DNA from: Octopus bimaculoides
Lineage: Eukaryota
DNA length: 64,000 bases
NCBI RefSeq assembly: GCF_001194135.2
Contig: NC_068981.1
Span: 55,895,153 to 55,959,152, forward strand
Direction of reading: 5' to 3'
Positions 61,401-64,000 of this stretch are shown piece after piece; position 1 is the stretch's first letter; each line of letters starts with the position of its first letter. Made by a program: the position numbers and the translations under genes. The notes beneath the pieces are model-generated. The model ran no database searches and was not told the origin of the DNA. It saw only the letters and a program-made list of their open reading frames with translations.

Positions 61401-63420
61401 AGCTGAAAAATGTATATGGATGCATAATGTTATGCTTGCACTTAGTGATTCTGAGAAGAAAGAGGCATGGAAATACCACCATGAAAAGTTGCTAAATGTG
61501 GACAATGCATGGGAGGAGAGCCTTCCTAATATGGATCCAACTGAGGGAACAACCATCAGAGTTGACAGCAGTGTGATAGATAAAGCAATTAAGGATATGA
61601 AAATGGGGAAGGCCCCTGGTCCATTGGGAATTACTGTTGAGATGTTTAAAATACATGGCAGAGGTGGATATGGTCGAGTCACTTGCATAGTTAATCAGGT
61701 TATTCAAGGAGACATCATTCCTAATGACTGGCATAGCAGCATTATAGTCAGCTGTTACAAAGGTAAAAGAGATGCCTTAGATAGAAGTAATCACAGAGGT
61801 ATCAAATTACTGGACCAGGTCATGAAAGTTACAGAGAGGATTATAGCTCAATAAATTAGACACAAGACTAGAGTAGATGAGGTGCAGTTTGGTTTTATAC
61901 TGGGTAGAAGTACCATTGATGCTATATTCTTAGTCAGGTAACTTCAGGAGAAGTATTTAACTAAGAGTAAAACCATTATATTTGGCATTTGTTGACCTGG
62001 AGAAAGCCTTTGACAGAGTCCCTTACCATGTGATATGGTGATCTCTGAGGAAACTAGGGATTGATGAATGGCTTGTGAAAGCTGCTCAAGGTATGTATAG
62101 AGGTGCTGTCAGTAAGGTGAGAGTTAGTACTGAGTATAGTGATGAATTTAGTGTGCAGGTAGGCATTCAGCATGGGTTGGTTCTCAGTCACTTTCTATTC
62201 CTTATTGTCCTCCAGCCATCATAACAGGAATTTAAGACCAGCTGTTCCTGGGAACTACTATATGCTGATGATTGTGCTCTCATAGCAGAATCTTTAACAG
62301 AATTAGAAAAGAAATTGCAGGTGTAGAAGCAGCACTTGGAATCAGAGAGTCTTGAAGATAATTTAGCAAAGAGTAAAGTCCTAGTAAGCAAGAAAACAAA
62401 CAAGACTCTTCTCTTCTCAAGTAAATGGCCCTGTTCGATGTGTAGGAAAGGTGTAGGCAGTAATTTCATTTGGTGTACCCAGACACACAAGAGGTGCAGT
62501 GGAATTGTAGGGAGGTTAAGGGAGAAAGTTTTTGCTTGTGGAAAATACACAGGTGTGATAAAGTCCGAGGAGAATTGATTTTCTCAAATGCCCTGGAGGC
62601 TCCCTAGAGGTAATATATAGCTTCTGTTACCTAGGCAACCTAATTAGTAGGAGGGTGTTTTGAAAGTGTCTCGCTAGAATAAGAGTTGGGTGGGGAAAAT
62701 TCAGAGAACTATTGCCCATGGGCATATGGCGTAGTGGTTAAGAGTGCGGGCTACTAACCCCAAAATTCTGAGTTCGATTCCAGGCAGTGACCTGAATAAT
62801 AATAATAAACATTGAAAAATACCTTAGGAATGAGAACCCAGGTTTGAAATTTCCCCAAGACACCTGATGAAGGCTGGAGAGTATATCAGCTGAAAAGATG
62901 AGGACAAATATCTGTCAATTGTAAATAATGAACTATTGCCTCTGTTGACAACTAAAAGTCTCTTTTTCCAAGCGAAAGTTAGGTTGTATGATGCTTGTGT
63001 ACATACAGCAATGCTACTTGTTAGTGAGACGTGGGTCCTAAATGTAGAGGATGTACGAAGACAAGGAAGGAATGAAACTAGTTAGGCTCCACTGGATGTG
63101 CAATATTAGTGTGCATGTTTGATAAAAAGTGCACATGTATTGAGAGAAAAGATAGGCATAAGAAGAATCATATATAACATACTGGAGAGAAGATTGCATT
63201 GGTTTGGTCATATGATGTATATGAATGAGGACAGTTACATAAAGAAGTGCCAGTAGCTTAAAGTGGATGGAACTAGTGGGAGAAGGAGCCTCAGGAAGAC
63301 ATGGGACAAAGTATTGAAGGCTCATCTCAAAATGTTTAGCTTTACAGAAAAGATGACAAAGGACTGAGATGATTGGTGTTTTGCTGTGCTTGAGGAGAAC
63401 CCAGCCATTACAGCATAAAT
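61400..63420 (+). mobile_element. 5'-truncated RTE LINE (RT domain, disrupted)
   Basis: KAPGPLGITVEMFK, DWHSSIIVSCYKGKRDALDRSNHRGIKLL, QFGF..GRSTIDAIF, LAFVDLEKAFDRVP, YADD (62261-62272), YLGNLI, WFGHMM; multiple stops and frameshifts. Confidence 0.95.
62717..62929 (+). mobile_element. tRNA-headed SINE nested in the RTE, with truncated hammerhead core
   Basis: 11-bp TSD GAACTATTGCC (62706-62716, 62930-62940); removing the insert restores RTE frame FRELLPLLTTK. A box TGGCGTAGTGG, B box GTTCGATTCC; CTGATGA...GAAA at 62864-62895. Confidence 0.9.
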
Positions 63421-63477
63421 AATATCCTAAAACCACTCAGATGTGATTGTACATGCAAGGTTGCATCTCATGTTCCA

Positions 63478-63479
<2 letters not shown>

Positions 63480-63540
<61 letters not shown>

Positions 63541-63567
63541 TTCTCTCTTTCTCTCTCTCTCTCTCTG
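63480..63567. repeat. (GTCT)n then (CT)n microsatellite
   Basis: Direct sequence. Confidence 0.95.
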
Positions 63568-64000
63568 TGATGTGTCACGCATAGATCTCCTCACCCATCA
63601 ATGGTACTGTGTGACTGCTGTACTTACCTGCAAGCAATATTGCACATATTACATCCCATACCCTTCCAAACTGTCCCTCCCCTGAATTACTTCCATTCCT
63701 TCTCATCCCTACCTACACCAATCAACTCCTTTCTGTGCCTTCAGCCACAGCCCTTTCTCCTCTCTGACATATTCCATTCGAAACACCTGTTTTATTGACT
63801 ATCATTCTCAATAGTCTCCCATATCTACCATCATGACCCACCCACTATATCTCCTTATGTATCCCTATTTCTCCTTGTCTATATCTCCTACACCTTTCAC
63901 ATTCTACTACTTTCCTCTATTGCCTATCTTACCCTTCTGTATACTAGTATTTCCCCATCATCTGCACCTCCACCCTTGTTCAGCACTCACTATACTAACC

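Noticed and set aside
61267-61854. 195-aa ORF as an intact gene
   Set aside because: The first about 45 codons are antisense UTR of the neighbouring element; the rest is an internal RTE fragment ending at a premature stop.
60652-63420. Twin-priming 5' inversion of one RTE (head-to-head junction at about 61400)
   Set aside because: Both pieces contain the RT C-terminus with clearly different sequences and different UTRs, so they are separate insertions of different subfamilies.

Overview
AT-rich animal genomic DNA, dense in microsatellites and with five N-gaps. The repeat families (GTTAAACGATGATGAT-tailed RTE 3' ends, several tRNA-headed SINEs) look like those of an octopod cephalopod; this is inference, not verified. 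The only host protein sequence I recognise is the first coding exon of a novel, delta/theta-type protein kinase C on the + strand (exon 58616-58811, ATG 58685). A CpG-retaining stretch at about 43.3-45.6 kb looks like its promoter and contains a candidate non-coding first exon ending at 45440. The rest is intronic or intergenic DNA with decayed RTE and other LINEs, SINEs, two Helitron derivatives, a mariner remnant, a hAT MITE, a spacer-less 415-bp foldback and minisatellites. A few weak exon candidates at 31-38 kb may belong to an unidentified gene. The most unusual signal is RNA-level: three hammerhead-ribozyme motifs in three unrelated repeat contexts. One is a complete type I motif (18981-19042, minus), one a near-complete minimal motif in the sense strand of the PKC intron (46792-46836), and one a truncated core inside a tRNA-headed SINE (62859-62895). 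Young inverted RTE 3'UTR copies also lie inside and across the PKC start-codon exon. No CRISPR array, rRNA or intact tRNA gene is supported.
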